From Methylophilaceae bacterium (GTDB lineage: Bacteria; Pseudomonadota; Gammaproteobacteria; Burkholderiales; Methylophilaceae): a stretch of 46,007 bases of DNA. The position numbers and the translations under genes were made by a program. The stretch covers positions 1-46,007 of the forward strand of contig JANYIK010000072.1 in assembly GCA_025362115.1 (NCBI GenBank), read 5' to 3'. How positions within the stretch are numbered: the stretch's first letter is position 1; the number at the start of each line of letters is the position of its first letter. Below are positions 9,486-19,971 of the stretch, in pieces. The notes under the pieces were generated by a model that saw nothing but the letters and a program-made list of their open reading frames with translations, did no database searches and was not told the origin of the DNA.

Positions 9486-10102
9486 TGCGTTTATGTTGTG
9501 TGCTATCAGCCTTGATTATGGCTGGATGTAGCCTCATGCCTGAACAGCCAGTGGTGGCCACGCCTATGGCTCCCGCCTCGCGTTATCACGAACATCTGGC
9601 ACAAGTCAGTAACATTCAAGTTTTTGCCATGCAAGGACGTATCGCTATACTCACGGAGAAAAAAGGGTTTTCTGGTTCCATCCATTGGCAGCACCACGTG
9701 AATGGCGACGATATTCAATTTTTCTCCCCTTTGGGCACGCAGCTCGGCGCTCTAAGCCAAGGCACTGATGGCGTAACGCTCACCACCAGCAAACAAAACA
9801 GCTTTCACGCCGACGATGCGGAAACGCTGACGCAGCAATTACTGGGTTGGAGCCTTCCGATGCAGGGCCTTCCTAACTGGATGTTAGGCCGCCCCAACAA
9901 TATGGAAACGGCAACCATGTCCTGGGATCAAGACGGTAAACTTACGCACCTTAGCGAACAAGGCTGGGACATTGAATACCCTCAATACATGACTGCGGAT
10001 GGATTTATGCTGCCGGGAAAAGTAGTGCTAAAAAGTGAGAAATTAGATTTGAAACTGGTCATCGAGCAATGGCAAACAGGAACTAAGGAAAGCTCTGAAT
10101 AG
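9482..10102 (+). CDS. lolB: Outer-membrane lipoprotein insertion protein LolB
   Basis: 206 aa with lipobox MAGC. It occupies the conserved position directly upstream of ispE. Confidence 0.8.
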   Translation: MMRLCCVLSALIMAGCSLMPEQPVVATPMAPASRYHEHLAQVSNIQVFAMQGRIAILTEKKGFSGSIHWQHHVNGDDIQFFSPLGTQLGALSQGTDGVTLTTSKQNSFHADDAETLTQQLLGWSLPMQGLPNWMLGRPNNMETATMSWDQDGKLTHLSEQGWDIEYPQYMTADGFMLPGKVVLKSEKLDLKLVIEQWQTGTKESSE

Positions 10103-10103
10103 C

Positions 10104-10934
10104 ATGGCTGCTTTTGCCTCTCCAGCCAAAATCAATCTATTCCTGCACATCACTGGTCGCCGCGCAGACGGTTACCATGAGTTGCAAAGTGTGTTTCGCT
10201 TGCTGGATTTCGGCGACACCGTTCATATAGACGTACGCCAAGATGGCCAGATAAGGCGCATCCAAGATATAGCCGGTGTACCCGAAGAACATGACCTCAC
10301 CATACGCGCCGCCAAGCTTTTACAAACCAACACCGGTTGCGGTTTGGGCGCTGACATCCACGTAGAAAAGCGCATCCCTATGGGTGGTGGATTGGGCGGT
10401 GGCAGCTCCAACGCAGCCACCGTGTTGCTGGCGCTGAATCGCTTGTGGAACGTAAATCTTAAGCGCACGGAACTGTTGGCATTAGGCTTAAAATTGGGCG
10501 CAGATGTTCCGATATTTGTCTTCGGCGAAAATGCTTGGGCAGAAGGAATCGGTGAACAACTACACGCAATCGCGCTGAAACCGGCGCACTACGTCGTACT
10601 CACGCCGCCCGCCAAGGTTTCCACCGCCGCCGTCTTCGCTCATCAGGATTTGACAAGAGACACGTTACCCGCCAAAATGTCGGCCTTTTGTGAAGGCTAT
10701 GGCTGTAACGATTTGCAGCCTTTGGTGTGCCGCCTTTATCCTGAAGTTGCTAATTGCCTAGACTGGTTGCACCAGTTTGGCGATGCCAGAATGTCAGGTT
10801 CGGGCGCAAGCGTGTTTGTAGCTGTTGACTCCCTGCAAACCGCACAGAAAATACTGGCAGCCAAACCCGCAAAGTTTAGCGGCTTTGTAGCCAGCGGATT
10901 GGCGAAGCATCCGCACTATAGTTTTGCCGACTGA
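10104..10934 (+). CDS. ispE: 4-diphosphocytidyl-2-C-methyl-D-erythritol kinase
   Basis: [18 protein letters not shown] and the GHMP motif [14 protein letters not shown] are present. Confidence 0.93.
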   Translation: MAAFASPAKINLFLHITGRRADGYHELQSVFRLLDFGDTVHIDVRQDGQIRRIQDIAGVPEEHDLTIRAAKLLQTNTGCGLGADIHVEKRIPMGGGLGGGSSNAATVLLALNRLWNVNLKRTELLALGLKLGADVPIFVFGENAWAEGIGEQLHAIALKPAHYVVLTPPAKVSTAAVFAHQDLTRDTLPAKMSAFCEGYGCNDLQPLVCRLYPEVANCLDWLHQFGDARMSGSGASVFVAVDSLQTAQKILAAKPAKFSGFVASGLAKHPHYSFAD

Positions 10935-10952
10935 ATGTAGTAAAAGTTAAAT

Positions 10953-11029
10953 TGGGGAGTCGCCAAGCTGGTTAAGGCACTGGGTTTTGATCCCAGCATT
11001 CGAAGGTTCGAATCCTTCCTCCCCAGCCA
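10953..11029 (+). tRNA. tRNA-Gln (anticodon UUG)
   Basis: Acceptor stem TGGGGAG pairs with CTCCCCA. Anticodon stem CTGGG/CCCAG closes loop TTTTGAT. T-arm GGTTCGAATCC is present, and the 3' GCCA is encoded. Confidence 0.93.
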
Positions 11030-11040
11030 AATAATAAAAA

Positions 11041-11078
11041 AGCGTGTAGAGTCAAATAGCTACACGCTTTTGTTTTTT
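11041..11078 (+). terminator. Rho-independent terminator after tRNA-Gln
   Basis: A 9-bp stem, AGCGTGTAG/CTACACGCT, is followed by TTTTGTTTTTT. Confidence 0.8.
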
Positions 11079-11121
11079 CACCTTTTTAGAAAGGAAGCGG
11101 CGCGTGGCTAAAGGAGAAATC

Positions 11122-12054
11122 ATGGTGTTCACTGGCAACGCCAATCCCACGCTGGCAGCCGAGGTGGTATCACACCTTGGCATCCCTTTAGGCAAGGCCA
11201 CCGTAGGCCGTTTTAGCGACGGCGAGGTGATGATAGAAATATTGGAAAACGTGCGCGGTAAAGACGTGTTCGTGCTGCAATCCACCTGTGCCCCCAACAA
11301 CGACACGCTGATGGAAGTGCTGGTGATGGTAGACGCACTGCGCCGCTCCTCTGCTGGACGTATCACCGCCGCCATTCCTTATCTTGGTTATGCACGGCAA
11401 GACCGCCGTCCACGTTCAGCGCGCGTGGCGATTACCGCCAAAGTGGTGGCGAATATGCTGACCTCGGTAGGTGTGGACAGATTGTTAACGATGGATTTGC
11501 ACTCTGACCAGATTCAGGGCTTTTTTGATATTCCGGTAGATAACATTTATGCGTCATCGGTGTTGCTGGAAGATGTTACTAAACGCAATTACCCCGATGT
11601 GGTCGTGGTGTCACCCGATGTCGGCGGCGTAGTACGCGCAAGGGCACTAGCCAAGCAACTGAGTTCTGACTTGGCGATTATAGACAAGCGTCGCCCCAAG
11701 CCCAACGAAGCCAAGGTGATGAACATCATTGGTGAAGTCGAAGGTCGCACTTGTATCATCATGGATGACATGGTGGACACCGCCAATACACTGTGCGAAG
11801 CGGCGTTAGCACTGAAAGAACAGGGAGCCGCCAAGGTAGTGGCCTACTGTACCCATCCGGTTTTATCCGGGAAAGCGATTGAGCGTGTGAATAACTCCGC
11901 GCTGGATGAATTGGTCGTGACCAACACCATTCCGCTGAATAATGATGCTGCTGGTTGCAAAAAAATACGCCAGCTTTCCGTGGGTAAGTTGATGGCGGAA
12001 ACCATACGCCGCATTAGCCACGAGGATTCGGTCAGCTCGTTATTTATCGAGTAA
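11122..12054 (+). CDS. prs: Ribose-phosphate pyrophosphokinase
   Basis: The product starts [12 protein letters not shown] and carries the PRPP motif [15 protein letters not shown] lies 5 nt upstream of the ATG at 11122. The track's GTG at 11104 is probably too early. Confidence 0.95.
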   Translation: MVFTGNANPTLAAEVVSHLGIPLGKATVGRFSDGEVMIEILENVRGKDVFVLQSTCAPNNDTLMEVLVMVDALRRSSAGRITAAIPYLGYARQDRRPRSARVAITAKVVANMLTSVGVDRLLTMDLHSDQIQGFFDIPVDNIYASSVLLEDVTKRNYPDVVVVSPDVGGVVRARALAKQLSSDLAIIDKRRPKPNEAKVMNIIGEVEGRTCIIMDDMVDTANTLCEAALALKEQGAAKVVAYCTHPVLSGKAIERVNNSALDELVVTNTIPLNNDAAGCKKIRQLSVGKLMAETIRRISHEDSVSSLFIE

Positions 12055-12145
12055 AAGAATTTTGCTGGATAGCATAAAAACTATAGAGCAAATGTAGTAA
12101 CCGTCTGGTCGCGGACGGGATTATTAACTTCAAGAGGGTTTTACC

Positions 12146-12781
12146 ATGCAAATCGAAATTAACGCCAAATCGCGCGAACTAAAGGGCACCGGAGCGAGCC
12201 GCCGCCTACGTCGTGCTGGCAACGTACCAGGCATCGTCTATGGTGCCGGCAAAGATGCCGTGACTATTGAACTGAGCCACAAAGAGTTGTTCCTGCAATT
12301 CCGCCACGAAGCTTTTCACGCTTCTATTCTCTCGCTGAATCTGGATGGCAAGGCAGAACAAGTGCTGCTGCGCGATTATCAAATGCACCCGGTGCGTACT
12401 GAAATCGCCCATATTGACTTTCAACGCGTGAGCCAAACCGAAAAGATCCATGTGAAAGTACCGTTCCACTTCACTAACGTAGAAACCTCACCAGGGGTCA
12501 AATTGAATGGCGGCATCGTCATGCACATCATGACCGAAGCCGAAGTGAGCTGCTTGCCTAAAGACCTGCCAGAATTCGTCGAGGTAGACATGGGTGAGAT
12601 TGACGTCGGACATTCTGTGCATTTGGCGCAAATCAAGCTACCCAAGGGCGTTGAGTTTGTGAAGCTGGTGCACGGTGATGATGCCGCTGTAGCCTCCATC
12701 GCCAAACCACGTGGCGCATTGATAGAGGAAGAAGAAGCGGCAGCTCCAGTCGTTGAAGCACCAGTCGCAGCAGCCGAGTAA
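12146..12781 (+). CDS. rplY: 50S ribosomal protein L25 / general stress protein Ctc
   Basis: 211 aa with RRLRRAGNVPGIVYG at the N-terminus and an acidic Ala/Glu-rich tail. It sits in the prs-rplY-pth order. Confidence 0.92.
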   Translation: MQIEINAKSRELKGTGASRRLRRAGNVPGIVYGAGKDAVTIELSHKELFLQFRHEAFHASILSLNLDGKAEQVLLRDYQMHPVRTEIAHIDFQRVSQTEKIHVKVPFHFTNVETSPGVKLNGGIVMHIMTEAEVSCLPKDLPEFVEVDMGEIDVGHSVHLAQIKLPKGVEFVKLVHGDDAAVASIAKPRGALIEEEEAAAPVVEAPVAAAE

Positions 12782-12804
12782 TCCGCTAGCAGGCTTGTTA
12801 CAAT

Positions 12805-12843
12805 ACGCGCGTTCTGGGCAACCGGGACGCGCGTTTTTATTTT
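12805..12843 (+). terminator. Stem-loop plus T-run between rplY and pth (partial terminator)
   Basis: The self-complementary octamer ACGCGCGT occurs at 12805-12812 and 12827-12834, followed by TTTTTATTTT. pth starts 10 nt later, so readthrough is likely. Confidence 0.55.
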
Positions 12844-12852
12844 GAGGTCGCT

Positions 12853-13425
12853 ATGGGCATAGAACTGATTGTGGGACTGGGCAATCCAGGCACTGAATAC
12901 GAAGCCACCCGCCACAACGCTGGCTTTTGGTGGGTAGAGTCCGTCGCTCGTGCCAATAACGTACAACTCTCGCAGGAAAGCAAATTTTTTGGCCGCGTGG
13001 CTCGTCTTAAATCGCCTGAAGCTTGGCTTCTTACCCCGACCACCTTTATGAACGCCAGCGGACAAGCGGTGGGTGCATTGGCGCGGTTTTATCGCATCGC
13101 GCCAGAAAGCATCCTGGTCGTCCACGACGAATTGGATTTGGAGGCCGGCATCGCTAAGCTGAAAAAAGGCGGTGGGAACGGCGGCCACAATGGCTTGAAA
13201 GATATTGCCGCACACTTAGGCAGCACCGATTTCTGGCGTTTGCGACTGGGCATAGGTCACCCCGGTGATGCCAAAGACGTGATCAATTACGTCCTACACA
13301 AGCCCTCGCGCGAAGAATTTAGTTTAATAGACTCCGCCATAAAAAATACTACCGGCTTGTTGCCACTGCTGCTAGCAGGTGACTTTGAAACGGCTATGCT
13401 CAAGCTACATACCAAGGTAAAATAA
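12853..13425 (+). CDS. pth: Peptidyl-tRNA hydrolase
   Basis: [21 protein letters not shown] and [13 protein letters not shown] are present. Confidence 0.95.
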   Translation: MGIELIVGLGNPGTEYEATRHNAGFWWVESVARANNVQLSQESKFFGRVARLKSPEAWLLTPTTFMNASGQAVGALARFYRIAPESILVVHDELDLEAGIAKLKKGGGNGGHNGLKDIAAHLGSTDFWRLRLGIGHPGDAKDVINYVLHKPSREEFSLIDSAIKNTTGLLPLLLAGDFETAMLKLHTKVK

Positions 13426-13453
13426 GCCCAACTTCTCAATTCAGGACACCATC

Positions 13454-13948
13454 ATGAGCGACCAAGACCAACCACACAGCGGCCTAAGCCTTGCAGAGAA
13501 ACTCCCCATTGCTTTCGTCATCATCGTCATTGTCGCGGCGCTCTATCACCTCACCTTCGTGGCAGGGCCGATAGAAAACAAGCCCGCAGCCAACGATGAT
13601 GCCTCTGTTACTGCTCGCATCAAACCCGTTGCCGAGGTGGTCATCGCCGCGGCTCCCGCCGCCGCCGGAGCCGCCCTCAGTGGCGAACAAATCGTCACTC
13701 AGGGCTGTAGTGCTTGCCACGGCACTGGCGCACTGGGCTCACCAAAAATAGGTGACGCTGCGGCTTGGGCACCCCGCATTGCGCAAGGGTACGAGACTTT
13801 GGTCAAACATGCTATTGAGGGTATCCGCTCTATGCCCGCGCGTGGTGGAAACGCTGCTTTGAGTGATGCCGAAGTGGCTGACGCGGTGGCCTATATGACC
13901 AACAAAGCTGGCGCAAATTTCAAAGCTCCCGCAGCCAAAGCGAAATAA
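13454..13948 (+). CDS. Membrane-anchored cytochrome c5-type protein
   Basis: It has an N-terminal TM helix, an Ala-rich linker, a CSACH heme-binding motif and a downstream MPARGG Met ligand region. Confidence 0.8.
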   Translation: MSDQDQPHSGLSLAEKLPIAFVIIVIVAALYHLTFVAGPIENKPAANDDASVTARIKPVAEVVIAAAPAAAGAALSGEQIVTQGCSACHGTGALGSPKIGDAAAWAPRIAQGYETLVKHAIEGIRSMPARGGNAALSDAEVADAVAYMTNKAGANFKAPAAKAK

Positions 13949-13967
13949 TTAACCTCAGGATCCTTGC

Positions 13968-14792
13968 ATGAACACCTACGCCATTGGTGACGTGCAGGGT
14001 TGCTTCACTTCCTTTCTTAATCTGTTAGACCGCGTCGCCTTTAACCCGCAACAGGACAGATTGTGGCTGGTAGGTGACCTCATCAATCGCGGCCCAGATT
14101 CGCTCAAGATGTTGCGCTGGGTGAAGGCGCACCAAAATTCCATTATCACCGTACTCGGCAACCACGATCTGCATGCCATTGCAGTATATGAAGGCTTCGT
14201 CGCCAAACATCGCTTCGACACCCTAGATGAGTTACTGGTAGCGCCTGACCGCCAAGAACTTTTTGATTGGTTGAGAAACCAGAAATTGGCTCACGCCCAA
14301 GAATATAACTTGATGGTTCACGCCGGGGTGTTACCACAGTGGGATGCGGCGCAAACCCTAGCACTGGCGAGCGAGGTGGAAACCGCTTTGCGCGCCTCCA
14401 ATTATCGCGAGTTTCTGGCAAATATGTACGGCGATCTTCCTAACGCTTGGCACGACGACTTACAAGGCATGGACAGGTTGCGCGTCATCACCAATGCGTT
14501 GACTCGACTAAGAATTTGCACCCCGCAAGGCCAGATGCAATTCAAGTTCAAGGGAGAAGTTCAAGACATCCCGAGGGGCTACATGCCTTGGTTTGAAGTG
14601 GAAAATCGCAGAAGCCAAGACAGCCACATTATATTCGGCCATTGGTCGGCCTTGGGCTTAGTGTTACGAGATAATCTAACAGCGCTGGATACTGGTTGCC
14701 TGTGGGGAAATACGCTTACGGCCCTGCGCTTAGCTGACCGCCAGGTGTTTGCAGTGCCGCGCGCACCGGAAGACGCAATAGCTCTGCAATAG
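13968..14792 (+). CDS. apaH: Symmetrical bis(5'-nucleosyl)-tetraphosphatase
   Basis: Metallophosphatase motifs IGDVQGC, GDLINRGP, GNHD and GHW are present. Confidence 0.92.
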   Translation: MNTYAIGDVQGCFTSFLNLLDRVAFNPQQDRLWLVGDLINRGPDSLKMLRWVKAHQNSIITVLGNHDLHAIAVYEGFVAKHRFDTLDELLVAPDRQELFDWLRNQKLAHAQEYNLMVHAGVLPQWDAAQTLALASEVETALRASNYREFLANMYGDLPNAWHDDLQGMDRLRVITNALTRLRICTPQGQMQFKFKGEVQDIPRGYMPWFEVENRRSQDSHIIFGHWSALGLVLRDNLTALDTGCLWGNTLTALRLADRQVFAVPRAPEDAIALQ

Positions 14793-15522
14793 CGCTTTCA
14801 GCACGGCGCGCCAAAACACGTCTATCCTTGCCTTGTGTAGGGATAGGCAACAAAAATATCAATTCGGCCGCAATTTCTGGCTGCTTCACCATCGCCAACA
14901 TGGATTCCCACAGGGTAATATCACTCCAGTAGGCCACGTCCACATTAACGCCACCATCCGACAAAGGATAACGAAGTGCCATTGGACGTATTAGTACCTC
15001 TGCGTCCACCGCCGCCTGCAACAGGCTACTGCGAAACGGCACCATAAAGCTGCCGTCGGTAGTTGTGCCTTCAGGAAACACGCATAACGAGTCGCCGTCC
15101 GCCAAAACTTGTATCGCTTCGCCCGACACACGCAAGGTGTCCTGTTTGCGTGCACGTTGAATAAAAATCACGCCGCCCTGTTTTGACAACCAACCTATGA
15201 ATGGCCAACTACGTACTTCAGACTTGGCCACAAAACGTGGAGAAAGCAGAGAGTTCACCAGCCACACATCCAGCCAAGAGATGTGGTTAGACACGAACAT
15301 CGCTGGCGGCGTCCCTGCCGGCGGCATAGCGCCAGAGACACGCAGCTTGACATTGAGTATGAGCAGAATGGTATTAGACCAGTGCTTTACCAGCTTATCA
15401 CGGCGCTTTTTGCCCAAAAATGGCAGCCAGAAAGTGGCCAATAACATACCCCAAAGCACATGGACAAACAGGCGCAGCAAGCGCCAGACTTGGACTGGTT
15501 TGGAATTCAAAGCGACTTGCAA
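14716..15522 (-). CDS. 1-acyl-sn-glycerol-3-phosphate acyltransferase family protein
   Basis: The HX4D motif NHISWLD and the FPEGTT motif are present. The 3' end overlaps apaH by 77 nt, convergently. Confidence 0.82.
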   Translation of the reverse strand: MQVALNSKPVQVWRLLRLFVHVLWGMLLATFWLPFLGKKRRDKLVKHWSNTILLILNVKLRVSGAMPPAGTPPAMFVSNHISWLDVWLVNSLLSPRFVAKSEVRSWPFIGWLSKQGGVIFIQRARKQDTLRVSGEAIQVLADGDSLCVFPEGTTTDGSFMVPFRSSLLQAAVDAEVLIRPMALRYPLSDGGVNVDVAYWSDITLWESMLAMVKQPEIAAELIFLLPIPTQGKDRRVLARRAESAIAELLRLPVRAALQTPGGQLSAGP

Positions 15523-15975
15523 TTAGTGCGTAACTCTTGTGGTGCCGCCACTTTCCAACAAACGCACACGATCTCCGGCATGGAACTGCTCATCGGCCTC
15601 TTGCACTATGGCGATCAGACTACCGTTATCCAGTTTCACAGTGATTTCTAAACCATCTTTTTTAGTGAGTTCTTCTTCGGCCATTTTGCCCGCTAGCGCC
15701 CCTGCCACCGCACCAATCACAGTGGCCAGATTTTTACCCTTACCACCACCCACTGCATTACCGGCAACACCGCCCACTACACCACCAGCCACGGCACCAA
15801 TAGTGCCTTCTGTCCCTTCAATCTGTACCTGGCGCACGCTTTCTACTATGCCAGTTTTAACCACTTGCGCCTGACGTGTTTCATCGCGCTTATATACGCT
15901 ACCGGAATTGCTGCTGGCGCAACCCACTAGTACTAAAGCCATGGTCAGAGCCATCCATAATTGTTTCAACTGCAT
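15523..15975 (-). CDS. Glycine-zipper (SlyB/17-kDa antigen-like) outer-membrane lipoprotein
   Basis: Lipobox LVGCAS and Gly-zipper GAVAGGVVGGVAGNAVGGGKG are present. Confidence 0.8.
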   Translation of the reverse strand: MQLKQLWMALTMALVLVGCASSNSGSVYKRDETRQAQVVKTGIVESVRQVQIEGTEGTIGAVAGGVVGGVAGNAVGGGKGKNLATVIGAVAGALAGKMAEEELTKKDGLEITVKLDNGSLIAIVQEADEQFHAGDRVRLLESGGTTRVTH

Positions 15976-15995
15976 GCCACGTTCTCCTAAAAAAT

Positions 15996-16934
15996 TTACA
16001 GCGAAATAGTTTCGCCAAATGCAGACTGATAAAGTGCCATAATCTGTTCACGGCTCGGCTTGTGATTCTGACCACCACGACTGGCAATCTTGATAGAGCC
16101 CATCACACCAGCCAAACGTCCACATTGCAACCAATCCCAACCTTTGGACATGCCATAGAGCAACCCGGCACGATAAGCATCACCGCAACCGGTAGGGTCA
16201 ACAATAGCTTCAGCTTTGACTACGGGTACTTCAATGCGTTTGCCATCCACATAAATATGCGAACCTTGTGACCCCAAAGTCACTATCAAGGCTTTTACCT
16301 TTGCTGCCAATTGTTCCAAATTAAGACCGGTTTTTTCCTGCATCAGTTGTGCTTCGTAGTCGTTCAACGCCAGGTAGTCCGCTTGGTCTACAAATTGCAG
16401 CAATTCTTCGCCATTAAACATGGGTAACCCTTGGCCAGGGTCAAACATAAACGGAATACCAGCTTCCTGAAATTCTTTTGCGTGTTGGAACATACCATCA
16501 CGGCCGTCCGGCGCGATGATGCCGAGAGATACGTCTTTGGCACTTATCACACTGTTTTTGTGCGCAAAGCTCATCGCCCCTGGGTGAAAAGCAGTGATCT
16601 GATTGTTATCTCTATCGGTGGTAATAAAAGCCTGCGCGGTAAAGCTGCCTGGCACGTGGAAGATGTGATTGCTCAACAAACCATTGCGACTCAGCCAGTC
16701 ACCATAGCTACCAAAATCGTCACCCACGGTGGCCATGATGAGTGGCTTGCCGTCCAGCAGATTCAGATTATAGGCAATGTTACCCGCCGTACCGCCAAAT
16801 TCGCGGCGCATATCTGGCACCAAAAACGCTACATTTAGAATATGCAACTTGTCCGGCAGAATGTGGTTCTTAAAGTGGTCGGGGAATGCCATGATGGTGT
16901 CGTAGGCAAGGGAACCGCAGATGAGGGTATTCAT
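15996..16934 (-). CDS. PfkB-family carbohydrate/nucleoside kinase
   Basis: GGTAGNIAYNL lies near the N-terminus and DPTGCGDAYRAG near the C-terminus. Confidence 0.85.
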   Translation of the reverse strand: MNTLICGSLAYDTIMAFPDHFKNHILPDKLHILNVAFLVPDMRREFGGTAGNIAYNLNLLDGKPLIMATVGDDFGSYGDWLSRNGLLSNHIFHVPGSFTAQAFITTDRDNNQITAFHPGAMSFAHKNSVISAKDVSLGIIAPDGRDGMFQHAKEFQEAGIPFMFDPGQGLPMFNGEELLQFVDQADYLALNDYEAQLMQEKTGLNLEQLAAKVKALIVTLGSQGSHIYVDGKRIEVPVVKAEAIVDPTGCGDAYRAGLLYGMSKGWDWLQCGRLAGVMGSIKIASRGGQNHKPSREQIMALYQSAFGETISL

Positions 16935-16972
16935 AAATTGTCCATTAATACAAAAAGTAGTGAAAGTATGCC

Positions 16973-17908
16973 CTAGCTAAGGGGAGTATTCAAATAGTCA
17001 GCTAACGGCTTAGTTCTGCGCCAAAGCTTCCATAAATCGCGACGTTTGATGCTGAAAACATGTACCTTATCCTGTTCAGCTAGGCACACTCTTACTCCAT
17101 GGGTCTGCCCAGTTTGCAAAGCATGCAGTACGCTTGCAAACCAGCGCTCCTCTAAAGCCTCCCAACCATATTGGGCATCCAGCACCATCAGGGTTGATTC
17201 AGCGTTGAGTTCCTTCCATGATGCCGGCAAAGGTTTTGCTCCCCGTCCCGCCAAACCGGAAACAAATACATCCTCGCTCAGTACCGTGGCATAAGGAGAA
17301 ATCGCCGTGGTCATCGCCCCTCCACCCCACAGCCATAAGCTATTTGCCGTTAATTTCCCGGCTTGTTCTCGCGCCTCGTTCACCGGGTGTGCATGCATTA
17401 ACATCTGCAATTCATTGATGGCTCTTCGCCAAATCTTGGCATCACCCCCTTGCGGCATCAAGCCGCTTACATCACGCCTAAAAGCCTGTTCAAGCAAGGT
17501 CGTGGTGATGGCAGGCGGCTCTTTTAAGCGCAGATACCAACGCTGCGGGTGTGGCACAAAAAAATCCAGCTCTGTAAAGTGTCTCGTCAGGCTTGACTTC
17601 AAAGCTTGTGCTTCATCCATGCTCAGATTGAGCGAGTTTTCTGCCAATGCAATGCTATCGCGTGTGACTTGCAAATTGACCGGGGTTGCACACAGCCAAT
17701 AAGCATCGGCAGTTTCTAAGCCATCCTGCTTGGCTGCAAACGGTGCAATGGGGAAGTCCTGTTGCTGTTTCACACCAAACGTGCGACACGCCCAAACATC
17801 AGCACCCCCACTAAAAGTGGCTCTGTTAGCCACTGCAAGTAAACGCTCCAACGCGGGTAAACGTGGCGCCGAGAGTGACGCATGGCGTAATAAAATATCA
17901 AGCTGCAA
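16973..17908 (-). CDS. Conserved hypothetical protein
   Basis: 311-aa ORF with normal codon appearance. No catalytic motif was recognised, and it is divergent from sixA. Confidence 0.5.
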   Translation of the reverse strand: MQLDILLRHASLSAPRLPALERLLAVANRATFSGGADVWACRTFGVKQQQDFPIAPFAAKQDGLETADAYWLCATPVNLQVTRDSIALAENSLNLSMDEAQALKSSLTRHFTELDFFVPHPQRWYLRLKEPPAITTTLLEQAFRRDVSGLMPQGGDAKIWRRAINELQMLMHAHPVNEAREQAGKLTANSLWLWGGGAMTTAISPYATVLSEDVFVSGLAGRGAKPLPASWKELNAESTLMVLDAQYGWEALEERWFASVLHALQTGQTHGVRVCLAEQDKVHVFSIKRRDLWKLWRRTKPLADYLNTPLS

Positions 17909-17958
17909 AACAGTTCACTTTCATGGCAAGATATCCTCCCACATTTACTTTTGAATTT

Positions 17959-18414
17959 ATGATGGAACTTATCCTCTGGCGCCACGCCGAAGCTGAAGAT
18001 AGCAACCCCGACATGCAGCGCGCACTCACCGCAAAAGGCCATAAACAAGCCAAACACATGGCGGCTTGGCTGACAAAACACATGGCCGCCGACACGCGCA
18101 TTCTGATCAGCCCCGCGCTTAGAACGCAGCAAACCGCCTTAGCGCTGAGTGATGAGTTTATCACGCTTGAAGCACTCGCTCCGGGAGCCTCCGCACAAGC
18201 CATACTAGATGTCGCGGAATGGCCGCGTTTTGGTGGCAGCGTGTTAATCGTAGGACATCAACCCACACTGGGCGAAGTGGCAGCAATACTGCTGGGAAGT
18301 GCAACGTCATACCACAGCGTAAAAAAAGGGGCTGTATGGTGGTTTCAAAATCGAAAACACGGTAATGTTGCAGAAACCATACTGAAAGCTGTCATTAACC
18401 CTGAGATGCTATAA
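17959..18414 (+). CDS. sixA: Phosphohistidine phosphatase SixA family
   Basis: MMELILWRHAEAE carries the RHG/A histidine-phosphatase motif, with LIVGHQP downstream. The start is placed at the ATG at 17959 rather than the track's 17863. Confidence 0.82.
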   Translation: MMELILWRHAEAEDSNPDMQRALTAKGHKQAKHMAAWLTKHMAADTRILISPALRTQQTALALSDEFITLEALAPGASAQAILDVAEWPRFGGSVLIVGHQPTLGEVAAILLGSATSYHSVKKGAVWWFQNRKHGNVAETILKAVINPEML

Positions 18415-18417
18415 ACG

Positions 18418-19038
18418 ATGAAGCACATCTTAGTCATCAACCCCAAAGGCGGCAGCGGCAAAACCACGTTAGCCACCAATCTCGCTGGTTACTTTGCTAG
18501 ACAAGGTAAAAATGTGACGCTGGCTGACCTCGACCGCCAACAATCTTCAATAGACTGGTTGAAACGTCGCGCTAAAGACTTACCCAAGATCAAAGCGCTA
18601 GATGCACGCCGCCAAGAATTGACCGAAAAACCTGACTGGCTCATCACCGACTCTCCAGCTGGACTGCGCAACGAGAGACTGACCGACGCTATCAAGCAAG
18701 CGGATTGGGTAATCGTACCGATACAGCCTTCCATATTGGATATGCGCGCTACGCGCGATTTTCTGGACGTATTGGAACAAGAAAAAGCTGTGCGTAAACA
18801 AAAAACGGCTGTCGCCGTAGTGGGAATACGGATGAGCAACCAGACCCGCTCATCTGCCAGCTTGCTGGAATTTTTGCAAGAAACCGGACTTCCCATGCCC
18901 GCTTGTCTTCGCAACGCTCAAACTTACGTTGCTGCGGTGGAACAAGGCATGAGCTTGTTTGATATGCGCCCGTCTCTGGTAAAAGCCGATCTGCAGCAAT
19001 GGGCTCCGCTGTTGGATTGGATACAAAAAAATCAATAA
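18418..19038 (+). CDS. ParA/MinD-like P-loop ATPase (orphan)
   Basis: It carries the deviant Walker A NPKGGSGKTT and is 206 aa long. Confidence 0.85.
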   Translation: MKHILVINPKGGSGKTTLATNLAGYFARQGKNVTLADLDRQQSSIDWLKRRAKDLPKIKALDARRQELTEKPDWLITDSPAGLRNERLTDAIKQADWVIVPIQPSILDMRATRDFLDVLEQEKAVRKQKTAVAVVGIRMSNQTRSSASLLEFLQETGLPMPACLRNAQTYVAAVEQGMSLFDMRPSLVKADLQQWAPLLDWIQKNQ

Positions 19039-19040
19039 AA

Positions 19041-19079
19041 AGCCACTGACGTTCTGATAGAACGTCAGTGGCTTTGGTT
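19041..19079. terminator. Bidirectional rho-independent terminator
   Basis: A 14-bp stem, AGCCACTGACGTTC/GAACGTCAGTGGCT, is flanked by an A-run and a T-rich run. It sits between convergent genes. Confidence 0.85.
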
Positions 19080-19131
19080 GCGACCTCAACTTTTTGAGTA
19101 GATGCCGCGCAAACCTCTAAACTACAAACCC

Positions 19132-19755
19132 TTAATTACCCCAGCCTCCACGCTCGTGATGCCTATCCCAGTCGCGGTCTTGATCGCGGTATCTTGGCTC
19201 TAAATAGCTCGTTCTGCCAACGCCAATCTCCGGCGCTACCGTCACCCGCATACGAACAGTCTCGCCCGGGTCATTGGGCATCTCGGTGGTGTAGTCGCGT
19301 CCATTGTAGCGATAGGTTACCAAGTAACCGCGCGTCACCGTTTGCCAGCTATCCTCGCTATGGCAGCGCTCAATTGGGCGCGTGCTGTAGCTGTTATAAC
19401 CATTATTGCTATTGCCCAGCCTGTCGCCGACTATGGCACCGGTAGCTGCGCCTATGGCGGAGGTAACTATACGCCCTTTACCTTTGCCCACGGTGCCACC
19501 CAGTAATCCGCCAGCGATACCGCCGATGATAGAGCCGCCTATGTCGCGCTCACCAGAGTTGTATGAAGAGCCACGTTGCTCATATTCAGTATGGCATTCT
19601 TGATGTGGTATGTTGATGGTTTCTGTGCGCGGGTTGACCGAAATCACCTGCGCGGTTTCGTAATAAACTTCGTCAGCCGAGACCGACATGGCTGGTAGTG
19701 CGATTGCACCGGTCATTAGCAGCGCGGTGCTCAGTTTTGAAACTTTCACGTTCAT
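19132..19755 (-). CDS. Secreted glycine-zipper 2TM domain protein
   Basis: It has a signal peptide, then GGSIIGGIAGGLLGGTVGKGKG...GAATGAIVGDRLG, then an Arg/Asp/His-rich C-terminus. Confidence 0.75.
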   Translation of the reverse strand: MNVKVSKLSTALLMTGAIALPAMSVSADEVYYETAQVISVNPRTETINIPHQECHTEYEQRGSSYNSGERDIGGSIIGGIAGGLLGGTVGKGKGRIVTSAIGAATGAIVGDRLGNSNNGYNSYSTRPIERCHSEDSWQTVTRGYLVTYRYNGRDYTTEMPNDPGETVRMRVTVAPEIGVGRTSYLEPRYRDQDRDWDRHHERGGWGN

Positions 19756-19971
19756 CTCCTTTTCAATTTTGGCTACCAGTGTTGGCAGTTAACCTATCAA
19801 CGGGCGCGCGATCACTCACGTTGACGCTTTTACAAAAACTTACATTTGCCTGCATCGTCAGATTTCTTTGAACTTTGTGACTAAGGTTACAGACATAAGG
19901 TTTATGATTCGTTGAAATATGTCCCAGCACCCATCAGGGGTGAATATTGCAAAGAACGACCTACACAGGAG

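Noticed and set aside
12421-13215. 264-aa minus-strand ORF spanning rplY-pth
   Set aside because: It lies antisense to two strongly recognisable genes (L25/Ctc and peptidyl-tRNA hydrolase). The translation is low-complexity with no motifs. It is an antisense-frame artefact.
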